From NCBI GenBank assembly GCA_002633005.1, contig NMRA01000027.1, positions 409,265-473,264 on the forward strand: 64,000 nt of DNA, given 5' to 3'. Source of the DNA: Phoronis australis (lineage: Eukaryota; Animalia; Phoronida). The stretch's first letter is position 1. Each line of letters opens with the position of its first letter. Shown here piece by piece: positions 1 through 14,900 of this stretch. Below the pieces are notes generated by a model, which was not told the DNA's origin, searched no databases, and worked only from the letters and a program-made list of their open reading frames with translations. The position numbers and the translations under genes were made by a program.

Positions 1-1143
1 TAAAGGTTACTCTATGTTTGCTTTATCACTGAGAAACAAATTTAAAATAAAAAATTTTGTGTCTCTGAAAGTGAAACAAGTCGTTTACATTGTCATGGAG
101 CGTACAGTATACAAGACACAGGATGAGATAACAGCAGTACATTAAATGCATGTAAATATCCTTATGCCATATACTGTGTAAATATGGGCATTCAATATGC
201 CATGAAATACACAGCCAGTGAAATACGGGAAAGTAAAGGCAATCCGTATACAATGGTAGAGGCCGTATTTCATGGTTGGTGTACAGTCTCCTGATGGAGT
301 AAGTTTGTGTGTAAGATATGGCTCATTCGTTTGAGTTACCTAAACCATTGATCTAAGGCATCATTCCTGAAAAAGCAGTTTTACTGCTCTAAAACTATAA
401 ACTTTCAGCAAAGATTTACCCAATGAAAATTCCGACACACGGCAATCAGGCAATTTTTTAAGCATCGCTGGTTTAATCTGGGTCATCATAAATAGGTCAA
501 TTGCCTAAACAGCGTCCCCAAAAATCAGGCAAAAATCTAATTCAAATCAAATGAAAATGTTTTGCTATTGATGCATACTGTATATCTACGCTGAAAACTA
601 AGAAACAGCGACCTAATAATGAGTATGTTTTTTTACTGACACAGTCGTCTGCTCATAGCATTCTTGACTTTCTGTCGTTGGTAACATAAAATTGACTTTT
701 TGCAATACAATCACTACCTCAAGTTCTACAAATCTGCAGTTTCCACCATTATTTTCCAATGCTGTGATCAACACGGAGAAATGTTTCTATCACTATTTCC
801 ATTCGAGAAGCTAAGACACAAAAAGAGACCAAGAAAACTAAGAAATTCATCAACGCCAGATCAACTCAGCTGCATAACTGTTTAATTTTTATATTCCCGG
901 ATACATTGTTTCCAAGTTTCCAACAAACTTTTAATATTATTGAATAGTTCATTGTTTTAACTTGTATATTCCATAAAATGAAATAAAACATTTACTAGTT
1001 GTTCAACACTTTCACAGATAATCTTGTTGCTTAGCTGGCACTGGTACCGTGTTTGGCATATATATAACGTTGCAAAACAACAAGCAAAAGCACATGGCAA
1101 AAAGATATCGTCGCCATGAAATAAGTGGATTTATATGTGATAA

Positions 1144-1309
1144 ATAGGTTATCCCAGTAGGAATACTACAGCGATATCATATCTCAAATTAATTTGAACT
1201 GAGAATGTCCCAACGAGACTGAAGGTCGAGTTGGGACATTCCCAGATGCCAACTTAATTCTCGATAGTACAAATTGCAACAGTATTCCGATGTATAAGGG
1301 ATAACCTAT
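1144..1309. mobile_element. Small palindromic MITE-like element
   Basis: Inverted arms ataggttatccc/gggataacctat, ggaatact/agtattcc, gaatgtcccaac/gttgggacattc. Confidence 0.5.
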
Positions 1310-1519
1310 ATATACTAGGTAATTGTTTTGGTGAATGTTGGGATATTGAAAGTGGCAATGATGGTTATTCTTGAAACAAAACCCCACGTAACCCATTGCA
1401 GTTAAGTTTTTAGCTATGCTTTTAAAGAATGGCCATAAATGCATGATATGTCCAAATTTGATTACAACTAGTGTCCAAAATAAGGGGGTAATGCCACGTT
1501 TAATCCGGTCGTCATTAAG

Positions 1520-1680
1520 TCTGCCCATTTCGTCAACTACTGACCAAACTAGTCATGAGCAAATCTGCCCATTTAGTCAACTACCGACCAAACTAGTCAT
1601 GAGCAAGTCTGCACATTTAAGTCAATTACCTCACAATCATGACCAAATATGCACATTTAGTCGACTATCTACCAAACTAT
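1520..1680. repeat. 44-bp tandem repeat, about 3.5 degenerate copies
   Basis: Unit tctgcccatttagtcaactaccgaccaaactagtcatgagcaaa. Confidence 0.8.
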
Positions 1681-2602
1681 AACATTTAAACAAGTAAAAA
1701 ACTTTATGAAAATCGAGTGAGCAGAATTCAATTTTGGATTTAACATCAGTGGATCACAAGAGAATGTTGTTTAAAGAAAACTTGATCAAACAAAAATGTT
1801 TCATTTCACAGCAAGTAAATGAAACCAAGAACATGGCCAAATTTCTTTTGTTACAAACCTTTCTAAATTATCGTTTCCCTTTTTATGTCATGCAATTATA
1901 TATTTCTTCATAAAATGACAGAAGACCTAATTTTCCATATCACCAATGCAAAAGAGATTCAAGAACAAATCCTAACGTTCATTTTTTATGATAAATCAGC
2001 ATTTTGGTGAATGGTGTATAACTGCTATTATCTGTATATTTCATTTGAATCTGTTCAACCATTTCTGAGATGTTCCAAAGTAAACCAAATTTTGAAGATT
2101 TCCAATGAGGTTACAATTAAATGTATGAAGTGCATATAAATGGGGTAACATGAAAACTGGAACCAGTGAAAATAATATCCAGAGCGAAAATCACAACATT
2201 TGGGATAAAGAAAACGAGACTGCATTATCAGTACATCCTATACCGACAATTTGTAAACAAAGTGGCCTTGTCATGGTCAGATTTTAGAGTTAGTCTTTAC
2301 AACACTAGGAGTCATAAACATACAAGTGTATTGTGACAGAAGGTCAAAATATCAACTACCTGTGCTGATCTACATGTGATTTGGGGTCAATATACCTACC
2401 TTCTTTGATGTCAGCTAATATACAAACACAAACTTCCACATTACGTCCAACTTAAACACCACACGTGTACTTATATTTACCGTAATCTAACACCAGAAAT
2501 TGATCCTCTTTTTAATTGACAGTACATCTCATTTGTTCTGCCTAAAATATATCTGACTCAAATTCTAGTGGTCACAAGGTTGATAGTATATTTACCTACC
2601 AA

Positions 2603-2718
2603 TGCCAGCCTATAACTCTCAAGTGGTGTTAGTCTATAAGTCCATGTATCAGTGCCAGCCTATAACTCTCAAGTGGTGCTAGTCTATAAGTCTGTGTATC
2701 GGAGCCAGTCTGTAAGTC
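2603..2718. repeat. 50-bp tandem repeat, about 2.3 copies
   Basis: tgccagcctataactctcaagtggtg recurs at 2603 and 2653. Confidence 0.85.
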
Positions 2719-2932
2719 GACTGTATTACAGCTTACTTTGTAAGTGCCAACATCTCAACTTGATAAGTTAAAATTGTCTACACTTTCTTCATAAAAGATC
2801 TATCTAATCTTCAGGATTGCCAACTTCGCTCAACACAGTCATACTTTCAAAAATTCCCACCGAGTAAACACTCAAACAAAAAAACATTATTGGCTTCTGA
2901 TGGTAGACTGGTGTTGCTGTCATTGTTGTAGC

Positions 2933-2949
2933 TTACTGATTTCCATCTT
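2933..2949 (-). CDS. CCDC175: Probable terminal coding exon of the CCDC175-like gene (EDGNQ*)
   Basis: gttgcttttag acceptor; phase 1 continuation to TAA at 2933-2935. Short, so uncertain. Confidence 0.45.
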
Positions 2950-5900
2950 CTAAAAGCAACTTTTTCACATCAAATTTTACATACCGACGCCATCATTGAA
3001 TTATCATGGCTTGCTAAAGCCCCCTCCCCCAAGTCACACATGTATATTCTAATACCACCTGTTACCCCGTTACCCACTGTGAGTCTTCAGTGCATGTTGA
3101 CACCAGTACTTTTTGGAAAGATACAAAACTTTTTGGAAAGATACAAAATACGATATACTAGTGCTGACCAATCACGTGGTGGCAAGAGTTGATTATCACT
3201 AGAGTTCACCTCTAACCCATAAAAATGGAGCCTAATATTAACCCATTGCTACTCAACTTTGAAATGGGATCAAATCCCTGTCTTGTCAAGCTTTGAAGTT
3301 CCCTTTGAACTAGTTTTTAATCAAAGGACCCCTTGCTCATTGAAATACATCTCAATCTCAACAATAAATAAATTTGCTGTGACAAGCAACTGAATGGGCG
3401 TGGTCTTAAACGAAGGTGACCTGTCCATTCTTCTCATGCTTAGAAATCATTTTTAATCTCAACAGAATGAGACGAGACTGATTTTGACGAACATTGCGTG
3501 GCATAAATCAAAAGTTGGTTTTTGACAGGTCTGGTTTTACTGCAGTTTTAAAAGTAAATTCACACACACTACGATACCACTGGGATAAATAGAATAGCAA
3601 TTAACTATAATGCTTGATGTTTTCTTATAAAAACCCACGTCATCCACAGTTTCATTAGACAGTGTGGATTACTAAACTCACCAACAGGTCTCCTTTGAGC
3701 TACATTTTCTAAGAAATCTGTCAACAGTGATAGCTCCTCGTACAACCTATTGGTGACGTCATCAATCTTTCCTTCCCTGTTCATCGTCCTCTGCAACAGC
3801 TCAGCCAGCTCTAACATATAGAGTTCATCTCTTTCAGATACCTCCTAAAACAGCCAATAGGTGGTGTGAGTGCAGTCATGTTTATGCAAATGATTCCAAC
3901 ATTCATAAGGCTTACAGTTTACTTGGCCTGAGGCAGTACAAAAAACAATGATCAATGATACCCTGACCTGAGTCTTCAGTCTTTCAGGTAAGCATTCTTA
4001 TATCATACAACGAGAGTTGGTTAGGGACATTCAGACTTACTAACACCTGAAAAGTGAGACGAGCACGCACAGAATTCGTCACTAGCAAAACGAAGATGGC
4101 TGCAGATGCATCCAATGGTCAGTTTCCACATTCTACACAACAGTTCCAACCATCACCAGTGGAAGTTACTTGACACTGTCCAGATGATGCACTTGAAGCT
4201 GTCTCTCAATATGTAGTGTATGAATCCTTAATGCTGATTTACTGTTCCTTTGCCAAAGCTATCTTCACATTGATGTGATATGCATAATAAATTCTCCACC
4301 GTGTTTTACAATAGCCTCAGGGTCAGTTGTTACTCACTGAAGCTTTAAAATTAAGAAAGCCTCTAAAAATAGGGCAATCTTTAAAAACAGTGTTAATTGT
4401 TTTGGCAAAGGAGATCTGTTGGTAAGTGTAAAGTTGATCTTGTAACTAGTTATCACTCAAGACTTAGTGCAGCTTTGTTAAGCACTACCTGTAATTAGCT
4501 AGCATGACTCAGGACTCAGGATTCAGGAAACACCAAATAATTAAAATTCAGTGATTTTGTACATTTACTAAGTCACATGACTGCCTACATTTATTTAATG
4601 GGGAAAATTTCTTTTCAACTACTGACCGCCTCCAATTTGGCATCCTCCTGCCATCCCTCAGTCAGCTCCCCTCGGAGGTTGCCATGGTTCACCTTGAGTT
4701 TGTCATGAAGCTCGTTGTTGAACAAAATGTCTGCCCTCATGGCAATGATCTCTCGTTCGAACCGATGATTTGCCTGGTAAATACAGCCAGTTGTGATTAT
4801 CGCAGCATTTTCACAAATGTAAAAAATGGAAAAACAATTCAGCCACTGCACGTATATTATGACAGAAAAGTCTACAGTATGTGTTGGGAGACAGTTGTGA
4901 GAGTAATATATTTAAAGTAAAACGCAAGACTTGCTGCACAGTGACTTTCCTGGAAGTTCACATACTACCAACAAGAATTGACGTAGAAAATTACAGCATG
5001 CCTTCGGCAAGCTAAACACAGTATGTCTGTGCCTTCAGCAGGCTAAATACAACTTGTCTGTGTGCCTTCAGCAGACTAAATACAACTTATCTGTGTGCCT
5101 TCAGCAAGGTAAATACAGCATGTATGTGTGCCTAAAAACGCAAGTGACCTGCTCAGTCCACGTGTATAGCAAATTATGATTATAAATCATGCAAATACTA
5201 GTGGTGATACAATTACGACTATTTGAACACCACCTTACAGAGTGAATTTAAATTAATTCAAAAGCTAATTCATTCAATAAACAAGTGCAGCATTAAGTTT
5301 TTAGGAGGACACCTAGTGTGGGGAAAAGGACTTAACTAGAATGCAGATTAATGAACAACGAAAAATGACGTGGTCTCAACTCACACAGAATTAAAATGAG
5401 ATGCACCAAAAAGTTTCACTCTTCGAAAGCTTATGTTTTTAGAAATTATGAGTTTCCCAAAATTCCTTGACCATGGACATAGCTAGACATTTTTGACAAA
5501 TATGCACAATTCACTAAGTCACACAACAGTTATTTTTGGATGCACAAATCATGGCCACATGGCAGAGACCAAGTCAGTCGTCCAGCTTTTAGCATATGAC
5601 AGCAACTCCAAATGAGCATATTCACAAATCACGTCGAAATTAGAAAATATTCTGCTACATGTTAGGATGAACACACTGAGACCTTAGATCAGTACCTGTC
5701 GAAATTTGTTATTCTCATCTATGGCTGCTTTCAACTTGATCCCAGCCTCAAAGATTTCTCTCTCAATGTTCTTGACAAGTGTGGTCTGTTCCCTGAGCTG
5801 TGCCATTGATGTATCCCTCTGAAAACTCAACTCAGTCTGTAGCTCACTCTGTGGCCGTTTCACCTTCTCCATTTCAAACTGAGTTCTCTTCACAGAATCT

Positions 5901-8900
5901 TCCAATCCCGTCTTTCGGTTTTTCAAGGCTGATAAAGGATTAAAAATAACTATGTTTCTGAGGTGCATTAACTTTTTTGAAAATTAAAAGACTATATACT
6001 AAGTTAGGATTTTTCCTCATTTCACTTCATCTATCATCTAAAAACTATCCCAATAGTTTTGATTTATCCATTAAACTCAAAAGTGTTATGAATTAAAATG
6101 CTTTGAGGAGCATTCTATTTTTTCTGGGCTCACAGAAGTACATTAGCTAAAGTTGAAATTTGATTTGTAAGACTTCAGTGAATTTCACAGATTGAGCCAG
6201 GCCAGAATTGGAGAAGGTTTCTGTTTCCAAACTGTAATGCAACAGGTCTATGACACAGGCTACAACATCAGCTAGGAGTGCATTATGGGCAATTCACACA
6301 TGTAATTATTACCCACAACTTCCTTTTTAAACTCTTCATAAGCCTTCACTCTCTCGTCATAATCTCGCTCTTGATTTTCAAAGCCTGGAGTTGTTGAGCT
6401 GATCGTTTCATTCTTTCTTTCCAGGTCAATCTCTAGATTTGAGATTTTTTTCTAGAAAAAAAGCACAAACAAGAATTCACAAAGAAATTTCTATAGGAAA
6501 TTTTAAATGCATCACTCTGATAATTACTATTATATAATAAATATTATATTAATTGACTTTTACCTCTAGTTCTTCAAGCTCGACCAACATCTTTGACTCG
6601 TCTGCCGTCAGTTTATTGGACGTTTCCTGATATTCAACCTTCAGTCCTCTAATTCTCGTCTCGGCTTCACGGATTGATTTTTGCAAGGCGTGACCCTGTG
6701 GATATTGCCAAAGCATGTGACCATAAATGCAAAAACAGCAACAGAGTGAACGTAAAAAATAACTGACAGTGAGCTTGCTATGCAAACATCTCCCACAAGG
6801 AATTTTAAGGTCAGAATTAACGGGCTTCGGTTTTGCATGGATGAGTATGCTCTTTAGCGTAATATGCCTTTACGGACTTTCAATTATTTTCCTTAGAAGA
6901 GGATAGTACACCCTGTGTTGTTGAATTCAACCAATCCTTGTTCTATTCCTTGTTGATATACTACCGAGTTGTGCTTCACTGATAAAAGCAGGAGTCATAT
7001 CATTACTCATTATGTCACAGAAAGGAAGAGTTCTTTATGGGTAGTCTTTCCCTACTGTAACAGTTGTCTTGTAAATCGACAAAAGAGGTATAGTCATGGT
7101 TGCCCATTTAACAGATTTTGTAAGGAGTTTTCAAAATTTGCTCTAACTTTCTGAGGATTCATGAGGGATAGAGGATTATTTTGTTTTAGAGAGCTGAATC
7201 GGAAAGTCGTTGTTAATATCTTTTAATGGTCCTGAAGTGGCTTTAGCATCTTGTCATACTACTAAAAATGAAATGAATAACATTCAAAAACATGAATGAC
7301 CACTTTTTGTCAGAAACCTTAGAAAAATGCAAGAGGGGGCCAACAACAGATGATAGTAACAGGCCGTACCAAGGTTGATGACCATTGCCCCAACAATCTT
7401 CACTGATTTTCGTAGTAATGGTCAGTGTAACCTTCACCTTTGATATAGTGACTTGAAAATCTACAGAGTTCATGGATTGATATCCCCATTACAAATATTC
7501 CACCTCCCATACAGTTTCAACTCAAAAGGACGATCTGACACTGCACATAGTTCTACCTGCTCACTGACTGACCAACAGACTCTTCCAGAGATTGACAAAC
7601 ATGAACAAGGCAATACAATTTATTAAGAAAGGGGACATAATTAAATAAGGCAGTGGCAACTACATGCTGGCAAGATTGGTTTTCCAGTAAATAGCATGAT
7701 TGTAATACTTGTGCTAGAAGTTTGTACCTTGACATATAATACTTAGCTGTAATGGGGTTAAGCACAAATCAAAATGACTTGAAATTATGGAAAGCATTCT
7801 TTGTCTACACCTAGTAGAACTCCCCTTTGTCACACAACGCTGCCAAGCGTGTTACATCAAGAAGTACTCTCCCCTTGTATGTAGTTGGGAACTATGTATA
7901 GACATTTATGATAGGGTGGTGTAGGTATATCAAAGATGAAACAAGACACGTGTCCTTGTTTACACACAACCTGACAGTCACACAAGTTCCGTACAAATAA
8001 CAAGCACACTTAACAAATTTCAGTTATTAAATTCCTTGAAGGAAACTTGAAAAAGCTCAAGAAAAGAATAGTAATGCTGGATGTACTGAACTTCAAACCA
8101 ATCTAAGGATGATCAAGTATGTACTAGGCATAAGTGCCTGATAGTTTGACTGCATGGACTTCTCACTCACTAGATGGCACTGTTCATCATGGCAGTCAGC
8201 GCGTCACAGTCAACAGATGACTAAAACATACATATCACCAAATAATACAACAGATAATTCAAACACACATCACTAAATAATACAATAGACACTCAAACAC
8301 ACATATCACCAACTAATACAATAGACAAGTGCACTCCTTACATTTTTCTGAGCCTACAAGGAAAACATGCAGGGATAAATAAAATATGATTGTAGTACAT
8401 TCAAGTAACTGTCACCTAAATTTAGAAATAATTAATAGCACTGACTCAAATTAAACTCTCTTCTTTTCCAAATTATGTGAGTGACCTAGTTTTCAACCTT
8501 AGACACTTCCGTGTTGAAACGAACAAACGAAGAAAACTACAATGCAGGAGATTTACACGACTTTCAGCTGCAGTCAGGGATGTTTCTTAGAAGGTTCCAA
8601 TGGTGGTAATCCAACTTGTCTTAAACCGACCAGTTGTGATGTCATCACGCTGGTCTGGTCATGCACTTTCATTTACCGGAGTGGTTAAAAGATAACAACA
8701 TAAACACAAACCAAAACTAACAGCTTGGAGACACTAAAGAATTTCACACTGTTCAATATATCAACAAAAACCTCACTGATCAACACTGCTACTCAGAACA
8801 CTTTTTGTTCTTACACAACATGAATCTAAGTTCATAACGTTATTAGACATATATTTGTTACAGATAATAGCTGAGCCTACTGTACCGCCACAAGACGACG

Positions 8901-11900
8901 ACCATTAACACTGTTACAGGTGAATAATTAAGTAGTCACTTGGAAAACTATGAATCACGACTCGTGGAACTTATATACTTTTAAGTAAATTTCCCAACTT
9001 TATACCTTTAGTTGGCCGATTGACAAAAATATAAGACAGGCACACTTCACTTCTTATACAAGCTTGTTTAAGGCTACACAATCTAAAACCTGTCAACATT
9101 TCTTTTTTTTCGTAAAAATCACTACTCAGTCACAAATTCACCTAAAATACTGCATCTTGATGCATAATTCTATATGAACCTCCTTGAGAAACTTTTAAAG
9201 AATTTGAATTAATTCTAAATAATTTCCAGTCGATTTTATTTCAAAACTGAACAAAGACCTAGTATTCTCACCTTAATTCTAACACAATTTTAACATTTTT
9301 CTTTCAATCACTTAACAGTCCCGAGTTACAGATTGATTATATTCCACACTTCCTCATTTAGTTAAACACAGTCAATATTAGTATAGATCATGGATAGTTT
9401 ATTGTTACACCAGGCATGTAGACGCAACTTTACATTTCATACCAAACGTTTCTTTCCTCTAATCAATGCTTACCTCTTTGGTAAGTTCGTCATGTCTCTT
9501 CTTACCCTCCGTAATTTTCCGGTTGATTTCCATCATATATTTACTGTTGTCCGTCTTGAATGATTCTACGTTCCTTTCCACTTCTTCCTTGCGTTGTTGA
9601 ACTTCCATTCTGAACAAAGAGCAAGGCAGAGCTAATCACTAGATAAAAATACACTCAACCCTCATGAACATTTTACCATTGCCATTGTGGTCTATTTACA
9701 ATGAACACTAAGGAGTATTTTGCGGAGCCATAACCAGTCTCCACTTTCAAAGTACATTGATTTGTAGGTCAAAACATCATGACACAATCTCCAAGTTTTA
9801 CCTTGTCATCCGACCAAGTGAGGTCATACCATATAGTTATATTACACCATCAGCAGTCACACATATACACAGAGGATGTGTCACCATACCTGTCCTTTCT
9901 CTCGCGGGACAATTGATCACGACATTCCTCAATCTGTTTGTTCATCTGGTTGACTACAGCCTCATGTGACTCAGCCAATGACTCTAGCTGCTCATTCATC
10001 TCGTTTATTTGATCATTCATGCGGGCTATGTCCTCTGCCTTCTTCGCCTGTTTGTCTTTGGCTTCGCGTAAACTAAAATATAGAAAGATTATTTAAAAAA
10101 CATTGAGTATCTAGATTTTTGTCAAAACGATGATAAAGAGATTGGTTGAATCTATGAATTTAACTGGAATACAGGCATACCACAAAATAATAGTGCAATT
10201 AGTTGTGCGTCTAGTATATGAACATACAATTTTGATTTGACTGAACTGAAAACTGTTTCAGCTACTTTTAACTTTATCTGTTTAAGTTTACATGATGGCA
10301 CACAGTAATCACTCCACGTACACCAGGTAGCAATCACATTTGGAAGTTAAGCTCATGTGGCAAAATTTGTTCAATAAACAAACCAGGCAGTCTTAGTCCT
10401 CAACTGTTCTTACACACAAAACTCAGTAGACATATTCCGTGCTGAACAGTTTTATGCAAACATAAAAAGGAAAGTGGTGAATTCCTAAAACTGCATCATT
10501 CCAACATAATGAGCAATGACCATATTTTGTGAAACTCATGTCAATTGCCCGGAAGCAGAACACAATATATCAGTGCTTCTAAAGCGTGTTTAGCAAAAGG
10601 AAAGAAAATCATGTCACACTTTGCAATTGAAGATAGTCGAGCTAATAAATACCTTAAATTAAGTGGAAAACAATTTTGTTGTACTCATAACGACATTATC
10701 ACACTCATTCAAAATGAAGCATGCTTAACATAATCTCCATAATCAACGTCACACAAAAAATAGGAGCAGCAAGAGTCTTAATGCATGTTGTGGGATCTTG
10801 GTCAGGGACATTGGTAGTCCTGGGCAACCACGCAGGGCCATGGAACAACCATGGACAACGCACCTTTTGTTTTAGCAGTTATCTGACAAAAACTCCCAGT
10901 TTTAGTCACAAACCTGTTTTTGCCACATGACTGAGACGGCAGTGCTCCTAACTCATGAACACAACAGGCTTTCTTGGTGATAGTATTTCTTTTCTCATGT
11001 ACAACAATTGTATCTAGTTATACAGCACACAGACAGTTATGATACACTGTATCCAGCTTAATGACACACCTTAAACATGGCATGGTTTGTGAAAAAAGAA
11101 CTGTGTTCCTGTGAAAAGAATTGAAGTGTAGCTGGTGAGAAGTGTTCATGAGAAAAGAAAGCAGTAGTCAACGAGGACGTGCATGTGCTTTGTGAGGAGG
11201 ACATACTGTCCTCTGCCAACTCAATGTTATCTGACGAGAAAAGCACAACATGCATTGCAGTCTCCCATTTACCTTTTTTTCCTCTGCTCATTACATGTAC
11301 CAAGTGTAGACCTGATTGTGCTGACATTACTAGAGGGCCCCATATGTGAATGTGGGCTGACAGTAGTAATGATACCATTACTAGAGGGCCCCATATGTGG
11401 ACGTGGGCTGATAGTAGTAATGAGACTCCCAGTTAGCGTACTAGTCGTCTCCTTGGAAACGCTACTTCTATCTAATACACTAGTAATGTCGCTAAGCACA
11501 GAGCTACTTGGTACTAAGTCATGAAGACTGTGAGACGGGGAGAGAAAGAAAGGGGTGGACAAATATTACACAATCTGTATCAGCATCATATCAACTGTCA
11601 TTGTAATGAGATTGGTTATAGTAAGAAAAATGTCTGAAATGTGTTGTGCGTATTCTCTTTCTCAAGAGCCACAGGCTCAGAAGCATATCTATCGAACATG
11701 TTATTACGCTTAAAACGTTGACTTCTCCTGTGCTGATTGATACATCACCATAGGAATAGCTTCAATTTCATCAATATTTTAATACCTAAGTTGAAAATCA
11801 GGAAATGTGTGCAACTAGCATCTTACAAGGAACAAGCCTCTGCAGAAGTGTGGGGGACAGACATAGGTAAGTGATGGCAATGTAAAACCAGAAACTCAAT

Positions 11901-14900
11901 CACTGCAAAGTAATGTTCTAGTACCTGCTTTCCATTGGTCAAATTTGATGATAAATCCAGTCTCAAAGCATGTTTCAAGACATCATTAATCTCGGGGAAA
12001 GTGGCAAACATTTCGACAGTGATTCTAACACTTTAGAATGTTTTAACATAGAAGGAGAAGGATGACATGGTGTTCGTATTCGACTATTGTACTAAAGGTA
12101 AGTGGTATAGTCACAGAAAAATAGAGGGGTGGGGGTGGGGGGATTGCTTTAAGTACCTATCACCAAATAGACTGCTTAATACACAGTAGCTATATAAAAC
12201 TGTTTTTTACAAAAATAAAAAATTGAAAGCGCTCTGAGGAGCGAAACTTGGCGAAATTAACCAAAAAAAACACGTTCGAGAGGACGAGAAAAGACAACGA
12301 CAGAGATGATGACGAAGATGACAGCTATGACGACGATGGTGGCGATAATGGACAACCGTAGTTATGATATCATTCATATAACGAACGTAGAGGTCAGAAA
12401 TCACTAAGAAATAGGCTACAGTCTTGAGCGACACTTGGCGAAATTAACTGAAGAAAAGACGACGTCGGAGATGATGACGAAGATGACGAATATGATGATG
12501 CTGGTGGCCATGATCAATAACATCATAACATTCATATGACGAATTTAGATGTCATAAATCATTAAGAAATAGGCTGCAGTCTAGTTCAATAGAAGCTAAA
12601 CCAACCTGAATGCAGCAAGAGCCCTCAACAAAGGAGCAGCGTTATCACAAAATCTCGAAAAGTAGACGTCGCAGAGAAAAATGGAAAGCATCTTCTGAAA
12701 GCCCGTTCAAAGCTCTATCTAAACTGATGGTATCGTCTAATTCCGTAAATTTTTCGAAAAAAATGAAATTTTGCGTTTTTTTTAAGAATTTCAAACTCTA
12801 ATAACTCGAAAACGGTAAGTCTGAGAAAAAAATTGTTACAGGCCATTTGAAAGATAATACTTCAAAAAATCTACATGCAAAAAATCACGTCTTTTTCTCT
12901 TCCCGTTTAAAATCGCACTCCAGACGACTGAAAATGGGTCAACATGCGCCATATCCGCCATCTTGAATGCAACTTCCGGTTTTTCGGCTTTGTATAATAT
13001 CATGTTAAAAGAAACTAATACTTGTAAAAATTCGAAGGAATTGGTCTCATAATGCGCCCTCTAGAGGAGAAAACGTTTTTAAGCCAAAATCGAGGTGCGC
13101 ATGCGCGATCGCCGATATTTCCGCCATCTTTAGCCGGAAGTACACAATTTCCGGTATACTTGTAGCAAGCTTTCGGTCCATTTACTGTGCCGATTCTTAG
13201 CTTTTTACGTAAAAAATTGTAGCCTCCAGAAGCATTTGAACCTTTAAATGGAAACAAAATGGCCGCCACAGCCGCCATCTTGGATCCGATTTTGACGAAA
13301 AACAATAGGCTTCCAGTACTTTCAGAAGTACGTGTTATGTGTAAATTTCGTGATGATCGGACGAAAATTGCGACCTGTATCGTGCGAACAAACAAAAAAA
13401 AAACAAACAAAAAAACAAACTTAGTGGAAGAGCAACATACTTGGCGAAATTTATTTCGCCAAGTAATAAAGGAAATTCGATTAACTAAGGGCATGACATG
13501 GTGTGGTGAAGAATAACATTTACTGAGGGACCTATCTGAAAAGTAGGAGAGGCACACATATCATTTGATAAGAACACTACCGGCAAACTTGTTAGTAAAA
13601 CACCAATTTTAATTTGTTAGTGATAAAGTGACTATTTAGAAAACAAACTTCACGTTACGTGATTAGAAAACAATGAAGACAACAAATTAATAAATGTTTA
13701 CATTTTGGTCATCTCGGCCACTTTTTCTGCATCGGCGTACATGATCTCCTCAGCAGCTCTCACCTCTGTAATTGAAATTGGAAATTAGAACTTGGTGCTT
13801 GTTACTTAGGCAGAGCCACTAAAGTAGCGCCATCTATTGCTGGTATAACTACACCTCGGCCCCAAACTCTCGTTCGTGTTTCCATTTCAACTAATAAAAG
13901 TACAAATCAAATGTTAGTCTGGAATATGTCACCATGTTTCAAGGAAAAAAAACAAACTATAAACATGATACTTTTCTTGAGATGAAAAGTTATTAATCAA
14001 GGTTTTTAATCAAAACGATGTCAAACAAGGGATTATCTCTGTTCATACAACACTTACGTTCTTCATACGTCAATCTCTCTGCTTCCAAAACCTCGTTCTT
14101 CTCAGCCCCCTTTTTCAGCAATTTGTCAAGCTGAAATTATCAAACACACACACCTCATTTTACCTTTAATGTAATAGCCTGATGAAGATCTATTTACAAA
14201 CCAAATTTGAGAAGGTTCAGTCACAGGATCACAGAGCTACAGCTCTACAAATATTCAAAAATGGCTTCTACAGCACCATCTTGTGTCCAATTTCACCCAT
14301 AAACAAGAGTCCTTGAGCTATTGACTAGATAAATATTGTTCATAAAATTCATGTTGATCAGACGGAAAATGTGATCTCTATCAGGAATATGATAGGCCAC
14401 AAGTACAGCTGGAAATAGGTCAATAAAAGAAAAGTCGTCTGACCAGTTGGCATTTAATACCTCGAGAACGGTATGTCATAGCGAGAAACAGACAGCACTT
14501 GATCATACATTATCCATTTACACAGCTTCAGAAAGATCTGTCATGTGATGCCCGAGATATGGGATGAAAATCTAATCTATTATCGAGCAGTTACGGGAAA
14601 ATTTTGAACAACTCGAGAATGGTAAATTGCACTTCTAACTGCTCTCAAAATGATCCATACACAGAAAATCAGAAAATCCCACCAGAAACGAAACCAAAAC
14701 GCAAAGAAATGGCACCACATTGTCACCTTGTGGCCGATACACATGTTTCATGTTAATTTCCCACAAAAGAAATGAGACCTGCAACATGCGAACAAACAAA
14801 TCACAAAACAACAAACAAAAAACAAATCTCAAGACAAAGCAAAAGGCTTGAAAAAAATGTCATTTAACCAAGTAATGATGGTTACATAAGGAATCACTTC

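Noticed and set aside
11058-11272. Second Ser-rich exon directly after the cassette exon
   Set aside because: Would need a 42-nt intron and does not continue the reading frame
13015-13557. 180-aa minus-strand ORF and overlapping 85-aa plus-strand ORF
   Set aside because: Lie in the HINE element and cross its microsatellite; no recognisable domain
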